Program-made: the position numbers and the translations under genes
Shown: in pieces, positions 10,816 through 24,042 of the stretch
How positions within the stretch are numbered: the first letter of the stretch is position 1
Layout: each line of letters starts with the position of its first letter
Source: Octopus vulgaris
Lineage: Eukaryota
Direction of reading: 5' to 3'
NCBI GenBank assembly: GCA_951406725.2
Contig: OX597816.1
Coordinates: 53,320,001 to 53,384,000 of the forward strand
DNA: 64,000 nucleotides
Notes under the pieces: model-generated
Database searches by the model: none
What the model saw: the letters and a program-made list of their open reading frames with translations, nothing else
Told to the model about the DNA's origin: nothing

Positions 10816-13689
10816 TATATGCTCGGCTGGAGGGAGTGGTTTGGTTAGGCTTAGCATAGGTGTAGTATGTTTGCTGTGAAAGAAGATTTTCACAATTCCA
10901 TGTCCCACAAAAAAAAGGTAAAGGAAAAATTTAGATCCCACACCCCACCACAATTTTCCCAGGCCCCACCAGTGGGGTGCATGCCCCACATTGGGTATCA
11001 CTGATTTAAAGTATCCAAGGGCCATACGGTGTTAAGCCTGGTGGGCTGGCAGAAATGTTAGCACGCCAGGCAAAATGCTTAGCAGTATTTCGCCTGATTT
11101 TACGTTCTGAGTTCAAATTCCGCCGAGGTCAACTTTGCCTTTCATCCTTTTGGGGTCGATAAATTAAGTACCAGTTATGCACTGGGATCGATGTAATCGA
11201 CTTAATCCCTTTGTCTGTTCTTGTTTGTCCTCTCTATGTTTAGTCCCTTGTGGGCAATAAAGAAATAAGATTAAGTATATCACCCAAGGTCATATACCAT
11301 TCATTGGACAAGCTTCGACACAGTTTCCTTCTACAAAATTTCCCTTAGAAGAATTTGGTCTACTCAAAGCTATAGTATAAAACACTATCCCAACTTTCCA
11401 CACGGATGAGATTGAATCCAGAAATATGAGGTTGTAAAAGTAAATTTGTTAACTACACAGCTATGCATGCATTACTGTTAATCAAAGTAAAGGTAAAACA
11501 TGGCCACGAAAATTAATCATATGGAAGTGACAGCTCTGCAGTAAAAATGCAAACAACTGAAATCTAAAATTAAGTAAAACCTCAAGGTATTATAAAATCT
11601 TTTCATCTTCGGTAAAATCAGAATTTAATTTAAACATGTTTCTTATTATAATTTTGAAGAACAATCTTTAGATTTCTGTTGTAAAGTTTTGCTTCATTAC
11701 ATTGTGATTTCAGAAACAATAACAATAACAAAATAAAACATATTAAAAAAAGTCTTCTACTTAAGCACTAGTACAGCATAATTGCAACTGCAAACACCAG
11801 GAATTTAATTATTGAAACAACTGAAGAGTCCTTTCGCTCTCTGGTAACCGTGTTCTATTCTTCTAGCAAAAATTCCTGTCCATAAACATAAGGTTTCAAC
11901 AGAGAGTGGATTACAACTAATCACACATATAAACATGTGGCTTTCTAAAATATATATAATTATATTAGTTCTTTCTGCCAGAACCGATTTAGCATATAAC
12001 AATTGAGTCAGGCAGTAGGCATTTGTTTCCAAAAGAAATTCTTTCTGCATAGTTAGTAAAGCTCTGCTTTCAACACAAATAAAATTAAAAACAAAACAGC
12101 AATAACTATATCTACCGTAAAGATTTCTTCTATCTCCTGATTGCATCAATGAAATATCGAAGGCTATGCAATCCTACAAATAACATTTTGTTTTTTTATC
12201 TAACGCAGTCCTTTTATTTTGATACACTGTCAGTTTCAAAATGGCTGCCTGCAATGTGATATAGAAGTTCATGAATAAACAATTCATTTTATTAAACAAA
12301 TCTTTTAATTTTGTTTATCCAAGGTAACAAATCCATGAATCAATGCATCTATTCTATTCTATTGTTGCTTCCAGTTACAATAGCTGACACAGCATTCATG
12401 AAAACTGTATAAAAATTATGGAAGTTTATCTTTCTATTCAAAATGGAAGATAGAAATCAGATTATAAGAGATTAGAAAATATAAATTCTAAAGTTTATGA
12501 ACAAACTTTCTGAAAGGCCATCACAGAAGGATTTAGAAAGTAGTGTTTTGAAAACACAAATATAGACTGAAGTAAAAATTAAAGCTTCTGTGCACCATTT
12601 GTAACCCATTGTAATTCTCCAAAATTCTAAATGATATGAACAGCTAAATGATTTAGTTGCAGTAATATAAAAGGAATAAATAGAGTTTGCAAAAGTTGGC
12701 TATTGGTGCAGTTGTCTGGCAAAGAAGTTCACATCACAAGAGTATGGTTCCAAGTTTGATTTTACAGACTGACACCATGTGCAAATGTCTTTTACCATAC
12801 CCTTGGGTCATTCAAAGCCTTAAGTGAAATTTGCCACACAGAAACTGTGTGGACTCCATCAAAGATATTACTCCTGCTTTTGTAAAGTATACTTCTCTTG
12901 TTACCTAGTTTAACACCACCACTTGGTACTTGGTACTTGGTTGCCTTTCGGAGAACTCACTCAGTTCCAAAAATTCAGACCAGGAATGACTATGGTGTGG
13001 GAATAATTTTCACCCCTTTTACTAACCAGTTAAAAAGGTCGGAGACACTGCTGTTCCTTATCTAACAAAGAGATTTTTTTAAACTTAACATTTGTAATCC
13101 ATTGTAAATTAAATAAAACACTAAATGAGATTAAAAACTATTTATAAATGATTCTGTGACGGTAATAGTTAAGTGATAGATATTTAGCATAGAAACTGGG
13201 AAGAGATACCAAAGTAACAGAAAGAATTATAATCTTTTCTACTATAGGCACAATGCCTGAAATTTGGTGGGAGGGATTAAGCCAATTACATCAACCCCAG
13301 TACTCAACTGGTACTTAATTTATCGACCCTGAAAGGATGAAAGGCAAAGTCAACCTTGGCGGAATTTGAACTCAGAAAGTAGCGATGGTTGAAATACCTC
13401 TAGGTATTTCACCCGGCATGCTAACGTTTCTGCCAGCTCACCAATACAACTAAATCATCATCATCGTCATCCTCATCATCTTCGTCATTTAACATCTGCA
13501 TTCCATGCTGTGATAGGTTGGATGGTTTGAGAAGATCTGACAGATCAGGGGACTGTATTGAATTCCAGTGTTATCTTTAGTATGGTTTCAACAGCTGGAT
13601 GCCCTTCCTTACACCAACCACTTTACAGAGTGTACTGAGTTCTTTTTATGTCACACCAGCACTAGTGAGGTCACATGACAAATAAAGAA

Positions 13690-14125
13690 AATTTTAAATG
13701 TCAAACTCAGAACTGAGAAGCCTTGGAGTAAGTCTAGCCATGATGAAATATTTTAGTCAGTAGGAGAGAAAACAGGACTCTACTGTCATCTAAAAAGTGG
13801 TCGTATAAAATATGCAATAAAAGAATAGGCTGGAATTCCCTTAAGTGAACCCAGCAGAAGCTTTAGGTGCACAATAGATGCAGTGCAGTTACGGATAAGA
13901 AGAGATGGACTTTGTATGATGCAGATGTACAGAAGTAGTTAACAATAAGAATATTCATTGAAATGAACTGACTCAAATGCCTAAAAGGCTCCCTAAAATT
14001 AGTTGGTAACTTCCATTACATGGGAGCAATATAATCAACAATGGAGTTGGGTATTCAGAAAGCAGTAAGGGCTATAATGGTGTCGAGGGAACAAAATGAT
14101 GGAATACAGATACTAATGGAGGAGG
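13690..14125 (+). mobile_element. Highly decayed RTE-like LINE fossil
   Basis: LKCLKGSLKLVGNFHYMG resembles LEVVDSFxYLG. Many stops are present. Confidence 0.35.
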
Positions 14126-15651
14126 ATGATGATGATACAATAGGCTTCTTTCAGTTTCTGTCAACTGAATCCATTCACAAAGCTTTGGTCAATTCGAATT
14201 TTAGTAAAAGACACTTTCCCAAGGTGCCATGTCGTGGAATATATATAGTGTCTTCTCCAATAGTCTCGGGCTGACTAAAGCCTTGTGAGTGGATTTGATA
14301 GACAGAAACTGAAAGAAGCCCATTGTATGTGTATTTATATATATATATATAAATATATTTGTGTGTCTGTGTTTGTTTCCCCACCATTGCTTGACATCCA
14401 ATGTTAGTGTGTTTACGTCTCTGTAATTTACTGGTTCAGCAAAAGAGACTGATAGAATATGTACCATACAGTTGGGAAGTGAACTCCTGAACCAGATACT
14501 CATGCCCGTGCCTTAAGATATCAAACCCAGAATTATATGAATCTCAGCTGAACATTCCATGATACTTAACTGAGCTTTCAAATTAATTTCTTGCATTAGA
14601 ACATTGTGATACAATCTGTAGATGGCAACTGTCTCTTATATTAATCCCCTGTGCATTAACAGCACTTATTTTATTGACCACTGAAGGATGAAAGACAAAG
14701 CCAACTTCAGCAAAATTTCAACTCAGAATGTTGAAGGATGTAATGAAATACCACAAGGCATTATGTTTAGTGCTCTATCAATTTGACCAATTTACTGCTC
14801 TAAAACTGAACAGTCATCCTACTCTGCAGATTACATATTACTCAAGCTACACTATTTCAATCAAGTTGATTGTTATTATCTGTGATAATTAGCTGCATAT
14901 ATTACTGTATCAGGCACTATCTTTTAAAGTACTGAGATGGATTTTCTATGATTTTTAATTATTGCAGTCAATGATAAAGAATTGTGCATTCAATACAGAC
15001 ATAAAAGAAAAAAAAATGATGGTGATGACAATAATTATGATAATACTGTTCAGAGGAGAACCATCCAGAAGGGAAATTTGTTAATGGATTAACAAATGAT
15101 ACTGATTGATATATCATGTTACATATTAAATATTAACATGCTATTTAAATGTCTTTCCTAACTAGATAAAATGAACTTTCAAATGGTGATGTTCTGTCTG
15201 GTTAGGGCACAACCAACAAATGATGTACCGTAGAATTAATTATTTCGCAATGGATGAGTACAGGCAAGGCTGTGTGGATATGGAATTTGTTTTGTAATCA
15301 TGTGGTCTTAAGTTCAATCTCAATGTGCAGCACCTTGAGCAAGTATATTCTACTCAAATTTCATGCTGACTAATTCCTTGTTATTGAAAACAGTAGGCAG
15401 AAGCTCTATGGACGCTTGTCATATATATATATTCTTTTATTCTTTTATTTGTTTCAATCATTTGACTGCAGCCATGCTAGAACACAACCCTTAGTCAAAC
15501 AAATCAACCCAAGACTTATTCTTTGTAAGCCTAGTACATATTCTATCAGTCTCTTTTGCTGAACCAGTAAGTTACAGGGACGTAAACACACCAGCATCGG
15601 ATGTTAAGCAATGGTGGGGAAACAAACACAGACACACAAACATACACATGG

Positions 15652-15689
<38 letters not shown>

Positions 15690-15758
15690 GGCTTCTTTCA
15701 GTTTCTGTCTACCAAATCCACTCACAAGGCTTTGGTCAGCCTGAGACTTTGGAGAAGA

Positions 15759-15793
<35 letters not shown>

Positions 15794-15871
15794 ACGCCAT
15801 GATAGATCGTTAGCTCCTACACACATTTTTTCTCTCCTTTTTTTTTTTCTCCTTGTTTTTTTCTGTGTATC

Positions 15872-15905
15872 TTTCTGTCGAAGAGCGTAGGCTCGAAATG
15901 TAAAA
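15872..15905 (+). ncRNA. Hammerhead-like motif with variant core (CUGUCGA) in a PLE-like insert (about 15790-16005)
   Basis: ttt-CTGTCGA-a-gagc-gtag-gctc-GAAA-tg-TA-aaa. Stem II is a perfect 4 bp, and the insert is flanked on both sides by (TA)n. Confidence 0.5.
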
Positions 15906-16003
15906 AACTTTTTTTATTTCTATTCCTGAGCGCTATACTAATACATTTGTTTGTTTGTACTCCACCTGCCTTCGTCTTTTGTTTATTTTCGTAAACTTTC
16001 CCG

Positions 16004-16039
<36 letters not shown>

Positions 16040-17004
16040 CCTACTATTTCTTTTAATTTATAAATTTATAATGATAATGATTAATAAACAAACACAAATA
16101 ATGCAGTGAGCTGGCAGAATCGTTACTACACCAGGCAAAATGCTTAGCAGTATTTCATTCGTCTTTATGTTGAGTTCAAATTCCACTGAGGTTGACTTTG
16201 TCTTTCGTACTTTTGGGGGTTGATAAAACAAGTACCAGCTGAGCACTGGGGTCGATGTAATCAACTTATCCTTCCCCCAAAAGTTCTGACCTTGTACCAG
16301 CACAAGTACTTTTTACATGAAATCAGCAGGGGTGCTTTCTACGTGGTACTGGCTACAGGTGCCCTTTGCATGGTGCTGACACAGAATATCGAGGCTAAAA
16401 CAACTGCTACAAAAAGGTTCTTTTCTGCAATCGGGGCACATATAACATCATAGATTTAGTTCCTGGCTCAGAGTCAGATTTATTTCATTTTGTTGTTATA
16501 TTATCATTGCATCTCATTGCATCATTCAAACATAGAGAATTAATGATTATAACAACACCATTAACAGTGACTTAATGAATTAATGTTTATTTAACACTAA
16601 TCAAAAGAAGAGATTACTCGGGAAAAAAATACAATAAAAGAAATGAAAACCTGTTACTGCAATGCTTTGGTTTACAGGTCAATGTCATCACAGCATAATA
16701 TTTAGAAAACAAGACAAGACAATATTATAAATTAAGATTGTTAATGAGTGACCAATAAGAGTAGCCAAGAATTTTCCTCACTTTGCAGTCCAGCCATTAC
16801 AAGTCACTTTAATAGAATTTCCATAAAATCAATAAAACCACTAATAATAAGTATGTAAACAAAAGCTGCTTCCAGAACTGGAAATCAGGAGGTCGTTCAG
16901 ATTGTTTGATGTAAGTTTTTATGTTTGAAGTAACTGAGGTAAGATCAGAGAATTGCATTTTATATATTTATTTTTTTCTTGATGTGTAATTAAGAGTGTC
17001 TTTT

Positions 17005-17005
17005 C

Positions 17006-17038
<33 letters not shown>

Positions 17039-17225
17039 TCTCTCTTATAATCCACTTTCACTGTCATCATCATCATCATCACCACCGCCACCACTAACAC
17101 CACCACCATCACCACCACCACTATCACCACCACCACCATCATCAATACCACCACCACCATTGCCACCACTACCACCACCACAACCACCACCACAACCATC
17201 ATCATCATCATCATCATCATCCTTC
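17005..17225. repeat. (CT)n followed by (CAC/CAT)n microsatellite
   Basis: Seen directly in the sequence. Confidence 0.9.
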
Positions 17226-18189
17226 TTCTATGTCTATTTTTTTCCCCGTTTGCATGGATGGGACAGATCTTCCCTGGCACAGCATGTTGCCACTTGTTGT
17301 GGTCCTTGTCATCTCCTTCATGAGGTCCAGCCTCTTAAAATTAGATTTCACCCTTTTCTCGTGCCAAGCCATTCATTGGTCTTTTACTGGCTGCCTCTAC
17401 TTGCATTGCTCGGTGCTTCTCCACCCAACTATTCTCTTTCATATGCATCACATGCCCTTTCCAATCTCTTCACATTAGAGCTGATCCCTATTATACCCAT
17501 TTTTATCTCTGGCTCACTTGTTCTGCATCATCTATGTATTCTATCCTTACACATCCATGGAACATGCTTGCCTCATTTCTACCCAACTTTCACACATCCT
17601 CCATATACCTTTTTTTCATTCTTAATTTACACAGGATTCTCAGTATAGATTTCTTGCTTGGTCCTTTTCTGCATATCAAGCATGGTCATTTTGCAAATTC
17701 TTTTATTCTTTTACTTGTTTCAGTCATTTGACTGCAGCCATGATGGAGTACAGCTTTAAGGGATTTTTAATTAAAGAAATTAACTCTAGGACTTATTCTT
17801 TGTAAGCCTAGTACTTATTCTATCGGTCTCTTTTGCTGAATCACTAAGTTATGAGGACATAAACACACCAACATCGGTTGTCAAGTGATGCTGAGGGGGA
17901 CAAACACAGACACAAAGACACACGCACACATAAATATATATATACATATATATACATATATGACAGGCTTCTTTCAGTTTCCATCTACTAAATTCACTCA
18001 CAAGGCTTTGGTTGGCCCAAGGCTATAGTTGAAGACACTTGCCCAAGGTGCCACACAGAGGGACTGAACCCAGAACCATGTGGCTGGAAGCAAGCTTCTT
18101 ATCACACAGCCACAGCTGCACCTATGACAGTAAAAATTTTATTTTCTTTCTTACCAACATTTGCATTAGCAAATTTGATTTTTAGATCT

Positions 18190-18760
18190 TAGACTCTATG
18201 TTTGAAACATTTTTGTAATCTTGTGACTGCTTTGACACTGATAACTACATCTTCATTATACAAAAGTTGCTATGGACAGCCTGACTTTAACACTTCTATT
18301 ATGCTCTAGAGAAGAGCTAGAATAAACAGAAGCGCTCAGTAAGCATCAAATCTGATGGAGATTTATCTGCATGCCAGCTAATAACCATCACTCCAACTGC
18401 ATGTGGCTTACCCAGCTCCAACATGATTCAGCAGTTGATTTAATTCCTATCATTAATAGTTTTATTGTAACATTCAGGAGTAGGTAAGAATGCTATTTTT
18501 CTGTCCATGGTATTGCATCAAATACCATCTTCAAGTCCATGAACTCTAGCTATTGTATCTTGCCCTTAGTGAGATTATTGCACAAGTTCTTGACAACCTT
18601 AACTAAGAAGAGCACATTAGCAGAACCCCATCCTGACACAAACTCAAACTGCCTCTCATCTAAGTTAATTCTCTTCCTAGCTATGCTATAGGCCTTTCTG
18701 CCATTTTCTTAACTTGGTCCATCAATTTGCTGAATTCTGTAGTTGAAACTTTCTGGAGAT
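18190..18760 (-). mobile_element. Highly decayed RTE-like LINE RT fossil
   Basis: Minus-strand RKRINLDERQFEFVSGWGSANVLFLVK resembles QFGFVPGRSTTDAIFLVR. Confidence 0.5.
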
Positions 18761-19279
18761 CAGGTAATAGTTGACAATGCTGTTCATACAACAATCATTA
18801 TGAATGACACCTCCCTGTACCACTTGATTAATTATGAGTTAATGAGGAACAAGGACAGGTAATCACCTAGAATGCTAAAATCAGGCAATCACGTAGGACA
18901 CTAAAATCTGTAGGTACCACACAAATTCTAAACAACTTAGGCAAAACATTTGAAAATAAAGAAAATTAAGAATATATAACAAATATTTTTTTACCTTATT
19001 CTTAGCATTTATATTTGTCAACAAAGAATTACTACAGTTGCTTGAAGACTATGAGCTACTGCTCTTAATATTATTCACCAAACAGTTATAACTATAAGAA
19101 GATTGAGAGTGCACTTTGTATGACTGGTCTAAGATATTAAATAACCCCTGGGTGAGAGAGCCTGTATATGTTTGCACAACCTACAAGAAATAAGAACCAG
19201 TCTTCCTCATGCAACTCTCTTCCACCGTCTTTAAAGATATTACATTGGATAATATTAACTTTGGTATTGTTGTTTCCCT

Positions 19280-19785
19280 CATATTGGTGAGGTGGGTTTG
19301 CATTACCTGGATATAGTTTGGCAGGCTGTCTACCGACATCCTGCCAGACTTGTCCATGGGGAAGCACACAACATATTGGTGAGGTGGGGTTGCATTGCCT
19401 GGATATAGTTTGGCAAGCTGTCTACCGACATTCTGCCAGACTTGTCCATGGGGGAGCACACAAGTTCCCTATTTTTTGTGTGCTGTATGAGCTTGTGCAG
19501 GCCACCTACATACTTCTTGTCAAGTTGCTGTGCCTCTCAACCCCACCATCTACTTGTATATTGTCCTAAAATTTGTGTAAGTTTAGTACTGGCTATGGTG
19601 AAGCATGCTTCTATTTCGTCATTTGTCTGCCAAGGGATTCAAACTCTGTTGTTGAAGGGTAGGGTTGTCAGATAAATACAGCTCATATCATATGATTTAT
19701 CCCATGGAGATGTGTATTATTGTTGTCAGTAATGTTTGCATGTTTACATGGTTCTTTCCATTATTGTTGTTGTAGTTGTTCGCAA
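19280..19785 (-). mobile_element. Penelope-like ORF N-terminal fragment with an internal 92-bp tandem duplication
   Basis: LPFNNRV*IP..ELVCSPMDKSGRMSVDSLPNYIQAMQPHL contains a DKG/DKSG-like PLE motif. The direct repeat is at 19280-19371/19372-19463. Confidence 0.55.
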
Positions 19786-19789
19786 CCTA

Positions 19790-19956
19790 CAGGGGCAGGA
19801 GTGGCTGTGTGGTAAGTAGCTTGCTTACCAACCACATGGTTCCGGGTTCAGTTCCACTGCGTGGCACCTTGGGCAAGTGTCTTCTACCATAGCCTCGGGC
19901 CGACCAAAGCCTTGTGAGTGGATTTGGTAGACGGAAGCTGAAAGAAGCCCGTCGTA

Positions 19957-20015
<59 letters not shown>

Positions 20016-20230
20016 ATGTGTGTGTGTTTGTGTGTCTGTGTTTGTCCCCCCAACCGATGCTGGTGTGTTTGCACTGCCGTAACTTAGCAGTTCGGCAAAA
20101 GAGACCGATAGAATAAGTGCTAGGCTTACAAAGAATAAGTCCTGGGGTCGATTTGCTCGACTAAAGGCGGTGCTCCAGAATGGCTGCAGTCAAATGACTG
20201 AAACAAATAAAAAAGAGAAAAAGAGAAAGA
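19790..20230 (+). mobile_element. tRNA-derived SINE family A (head, central TA/TG microsatellite, aaagagt tail). Other copies: 4940-5412(-), 7210-7852(+), 17700-18125(-), 28748-29180(-), 37134-37575(+), 40841-41255(+), 45340-45772(-), 48656-49027(-), 56878-57300(+), 59227-59613(-), plus many fragments
   Basis: A box tggctgtgtggtaag and B box gggttcagttcc, with more than 15 homologous copies in the window. Confidence 0.9.
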
Positions 20231-20559
20231 AAGAGCCTCAATATTACTGTTATTCTTATTGTCATCGGTGTTGTTGTTACTATTATTATCATCCCCCACC
20301 ATTAATCTTATGGCTATTCTCTCCTGTTCTGCCGATTCTACGTTTGTTTTTATTATCTTCACTGCTACTACTATGGCTATTCTGGCCCCCTAAGTTTGGC
20401 GTGCTTGTATCTCTCCATGTTTGTAGAGTAATAAGAGAGTGAAGAACAAATATATATTGCATGTGCTTATCTGGCAAAAAAAAAAAATGAACTTCCCAAG
20501 ATACATCAGTTTCAACACACAATTTCATATCAGAAATCTTGCAACACAAGTTGATAAAC

Positions 20560-21305
20560 ATGTATGTATGTATGTATGTATGTATGTATGTATGTATGTG
20601 TGTGTGTGTGTGCATGCATGTATGTATGTATGCATGTATATATGTATGTATGCAGGTATATATGTATGCATGTATGTATGTATGTATGCATGCATGTATT
20701 CATGCATGTATGCATGTATGTATGTATGCATGCATGCATGTATGCATGTATATATGTATGTATGTATGCATGTATGTATGCATGCATGCATGCATGCATG
20801 CATGCATGCATGTATGTATGTATGTATGTATGTATGTATGAATGCATGCATGTATGTATGTATGTATGTATGTATGTATGAATGCATGCTTGTATGTATG
20901 TATGCATGTATGTATGTATGCATGTATATATGTATGTATGCATGTATATATGTATGCATGTATGTATGCATGCATATATATATATGCATATATATATATG
21001 TATGTATGTATATATGTATGTATGCATGTTTGCAGTCGTGTGTGCTTGTCAAGAGCAGGGCTCATTAGCCACCAACGGAGCCACAAATGCAAAATATAAG
21101 TTAGTCCTAGAGTGCACAATGTTCCTGAAGGTCGGCAATGGTCTTCCTCGGTCACGAGTGGACGGCCATCACCATCATGTATGCATGTATGTATGCATGC
21201 ATATATATATATATGCATGTATATATGTATGTATGCATGTATATATGTATGCATGTATGTATGCATGCATATATATATATGCATGTATATATGTATGTAT
21301 GTATG
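20560..21305. repeat. Compound (TATG)n/(CATG)n microsatellite
   Basis: Seen directly in the sequence. It is interrupted by an RTE 3' end. Confidence 0.95.
21026..21177 (+). mobile_element. Very short RTE-clade LINE 3' end
   Basis: CSRVCLSRAGLISHQRSH zinc-finger terminus plus the 3' UTR atggtcttcctcggtcacgagtggacggccatca, inside (TATG)n. Confidence 0.7.
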
Positions 21306-22463
21306 TAGCTATGTGTGTCTGTCTTTGTGTCTGAGTTTGTTCCCCCACTACCACTTGATAATTGGTGTTAGTGTGTTTACGTCCCCGTAACTTAGCAGTT
21401 TGGCATAAAAGATCGATAGAATAAGTACTAGGCTTAAAAAAATAAGCGCTGGGGTCGACTTATTCGACTAAAACCCTTCAAGGTGGTGCTCCAATTGACC
21501 GTGATAAAAATAACTGAAACAAGCAAAAGAATAAGGGAATAAAAGAATGGTCATGGGAAGAATGTCTTTTACCATAGGTTTGCATGATTGGTTCAGACTT
21601 GGGGGCAAAACAATAACAAACTGAAGTGAAATTAGTATCAGAGCAACTAGCACATGTCCTATTTTCCCAAATATTATCCACATCTCATATTTCTCCTTGA
21701 AGGTCCTACTGTTTTGCCTGAAATACATATGAAAGAAAATCTCTTTATGATAATTCTACAGGCAAGAAGAAATTAGGTTTGCATAAAAGTCATAATCTAT
21801 GGTTTCCTTAGTTTCAAAGAGAAACATATTTTATGAAAAAAAAAATGTTAGTTTCTCAGATTGTTGTTGTTGTTGTTATTGTTTAAGCATTTATAGGACA
21901 TCAGTGAATCAATATGAAAGGAGGTCACTTCTACGGTGAAATGTGAATTTCATCTTCAAGATAGTTCAGAATAAAGTCAAAATTTTGCTAGCATTCAGTC
22001 AGAGGTTCAAATCAATAGAAATTAACAAAACTTTGTTACCTTGAGAAAAAAATTGCCTTTCATAAGAAAATTATTCCAGAAATAGAAGCTCATTTACGAT
22101 TGAGGATTTTTAAGATAAAAGTAGAAGAAAATAAGTTATATTCCTTGTAAGAAGAAGAATATTTTCTGATAGCTTCTAAAAAATGTCATTCAATCCCATC
22201 AAGCTTCCTGAAAAAAATTGATATTCCTAATTGTGTACATTTTCTTAGGAATTGCATGATTCTTTTCATTTATTTGATACACACACACACACACATACAC
22301 ACATATATGTGTGCATACTCACATACCCACTGGCTGCAAAGTATAGAAATAACTGAACAGACATACAAATTATTTACACACAAGTGCGTGTGTATATAAG
22401 TGTGAATAAGTGTGTGTCTACATATGTATGTTCACAGACACAGACACACACACACATATATAT

Positions 22464-22495
<32 letters not shown>

Positions 22496-23144
22496 GCGCT
22501 GATATAGATATAGATAAAGATAGACAGGTGTATATATACTTATATTTATACTTAGATTCATGTGTGGAAAAACACACATACAAACGAATGCATATATATG
22601 TGCCTTGCTATACATATGTGCACACAAATATATAGAAAAAGTATGCATATAACTGTATTATGTTCACACACACAAACAAAGATATCTATTTTAAATCAGT
22701 TCGTATCGATGGTAACATACATTAGATCACCCTGTAAGTTCAGAATTCTTCCAATAATTTTATACTGAACAAGTAAATAATTATAACAAATTGCTTTAGG
22801 CAACTAAATATAGCTAGGTAAGTTATATTTTTTAAAGACTCAGCACTACATTAGTAACAAAGTTATCTATCAAACACCTATATTTAAACACATGTGTAAG
22901 TCATAATGTGAAAATAACCTTGTGCTTAGACCACCAGAGCTTCTTTCAGCAGTTTGGAATGTGTATTGTATTTATTAAAATGATAAATAAACGTGCCCTT
23001 TTAAAGCCTAGTCAGGCTCATGGGCCCGGTTTCCCAATTTCTATGGCGTATGTGTTCGCCAGCTGGACGGGTCGCCAGTCCATTGCAACGTTACTCATTT
23101 TTGCCAGCTGAGTGAACTGGAGCAACATGAAATGAAGTGTTTTA

Positions 23145-23690
23145 CTTCTCTAAAACCACTATCTTTAAGAGCTTTATTATATCTTGGGGCAACATTATTA
23201 AATGTGTTTATATCACAGGAGAGGCTGGAAATTTTCCTACTAATATTTTTAACAAAATTCTTAAATGCTATGGAGTGGGGTGGGGCAGGAACCTACATTA
23301 ATATAACTAAGTCTATCGTTGGGCTTTCAATAGGGTTTGTAAAAATTCTTATTTAAATCTAGGGATACATCAATGGAATTGACAACCATAAGGCTGGTAT
23401 CTATTGTTATGCCAAGATCGAATGTTTTCATCATTTGGATAATGTCCTTCCTAAACCGATCTTGCACTGGTCCATTGGTATTTGTTGTTAAAGCTAGAGC
23501 ATCATCTTTGTTAGTGGCGAAATATATACCAGGAAAAGTTTTTCCCAACATATCGAGTAGGAATAGTCCAATGAGATCGCATATGCCTGCTCTATCATAT
23601 GACCCCATGCAAACATCGAAAGCACCCTCTGTATCAGTTGGCTTAACCTGACATCTGAAACTCTGAGTATTATGACAACTAACTGATTAG
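23145..23690 (-). mobile_element. Penelope-like reverse transcriptase fragment
   Basis: GAFDVCMGSYDRAGICDLIGL..NKDDALA..SIDVSLDLNKNFYKPY*KPNDRLSYIN resembles the PLE RT motifs FDVTMGSYDGAE, YRDDGL and FLDVTLDL..YKPY. It truncates a SINE. Confidence 0.8.
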
Positions 23691-23812
23691 CCTATATCAT
23701 ATATATATATATATATATATATAAATTCAGCAAAATTTAGATTTAATTGGTGAATCTATATGTGACTGAAGATTGCTCGACATTTTAAAACTGATGTAAT
23801 GCTACTTCATTT

Positions 23813-23848
<36 letters not shown>

Positions 23849-24042
23849 ATATATATTGAAGAGATAGTTTTTGAATGAATATGTTACATAAAATATATAT
23901 ACATTGTATAATATACTACATAACATATTCATTGAAGAAATATCTTTTCAATATATAATATATTAAACCAGTGTATCTTGAATAAAATATCCCAGTAAGA
24001 GGTTTAAATTTTCTTTGTGACTGTTTATATATATATATATAT

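Noticed and set aside
12238-12249. YY1-like motifs (aaaatggctgcc; also aaaatggcgac at 63070-63080)
   Set aside because: Isolated short motifs with no other promoter evidence.
18995-19179. Possible minus-strand exon (ttcttgtag..aag|gtaaaa)
   Set aside because: The longest frame stops before the donor, and the acceptor seems repeat-derived.
20439-21334. Long overlapping ORFs (MYVC/HTYI repeats)
   Set aside because: These are translations of stop-free microsatellites. The same applies to 26010-26781, 4114-4579, 29446-29879 and 60137-60949.
23760-23805. Hammerhead-like ctgaaga..aaaactgatgta
   Set aside because: GAAA core and stems are too degenerate to support.
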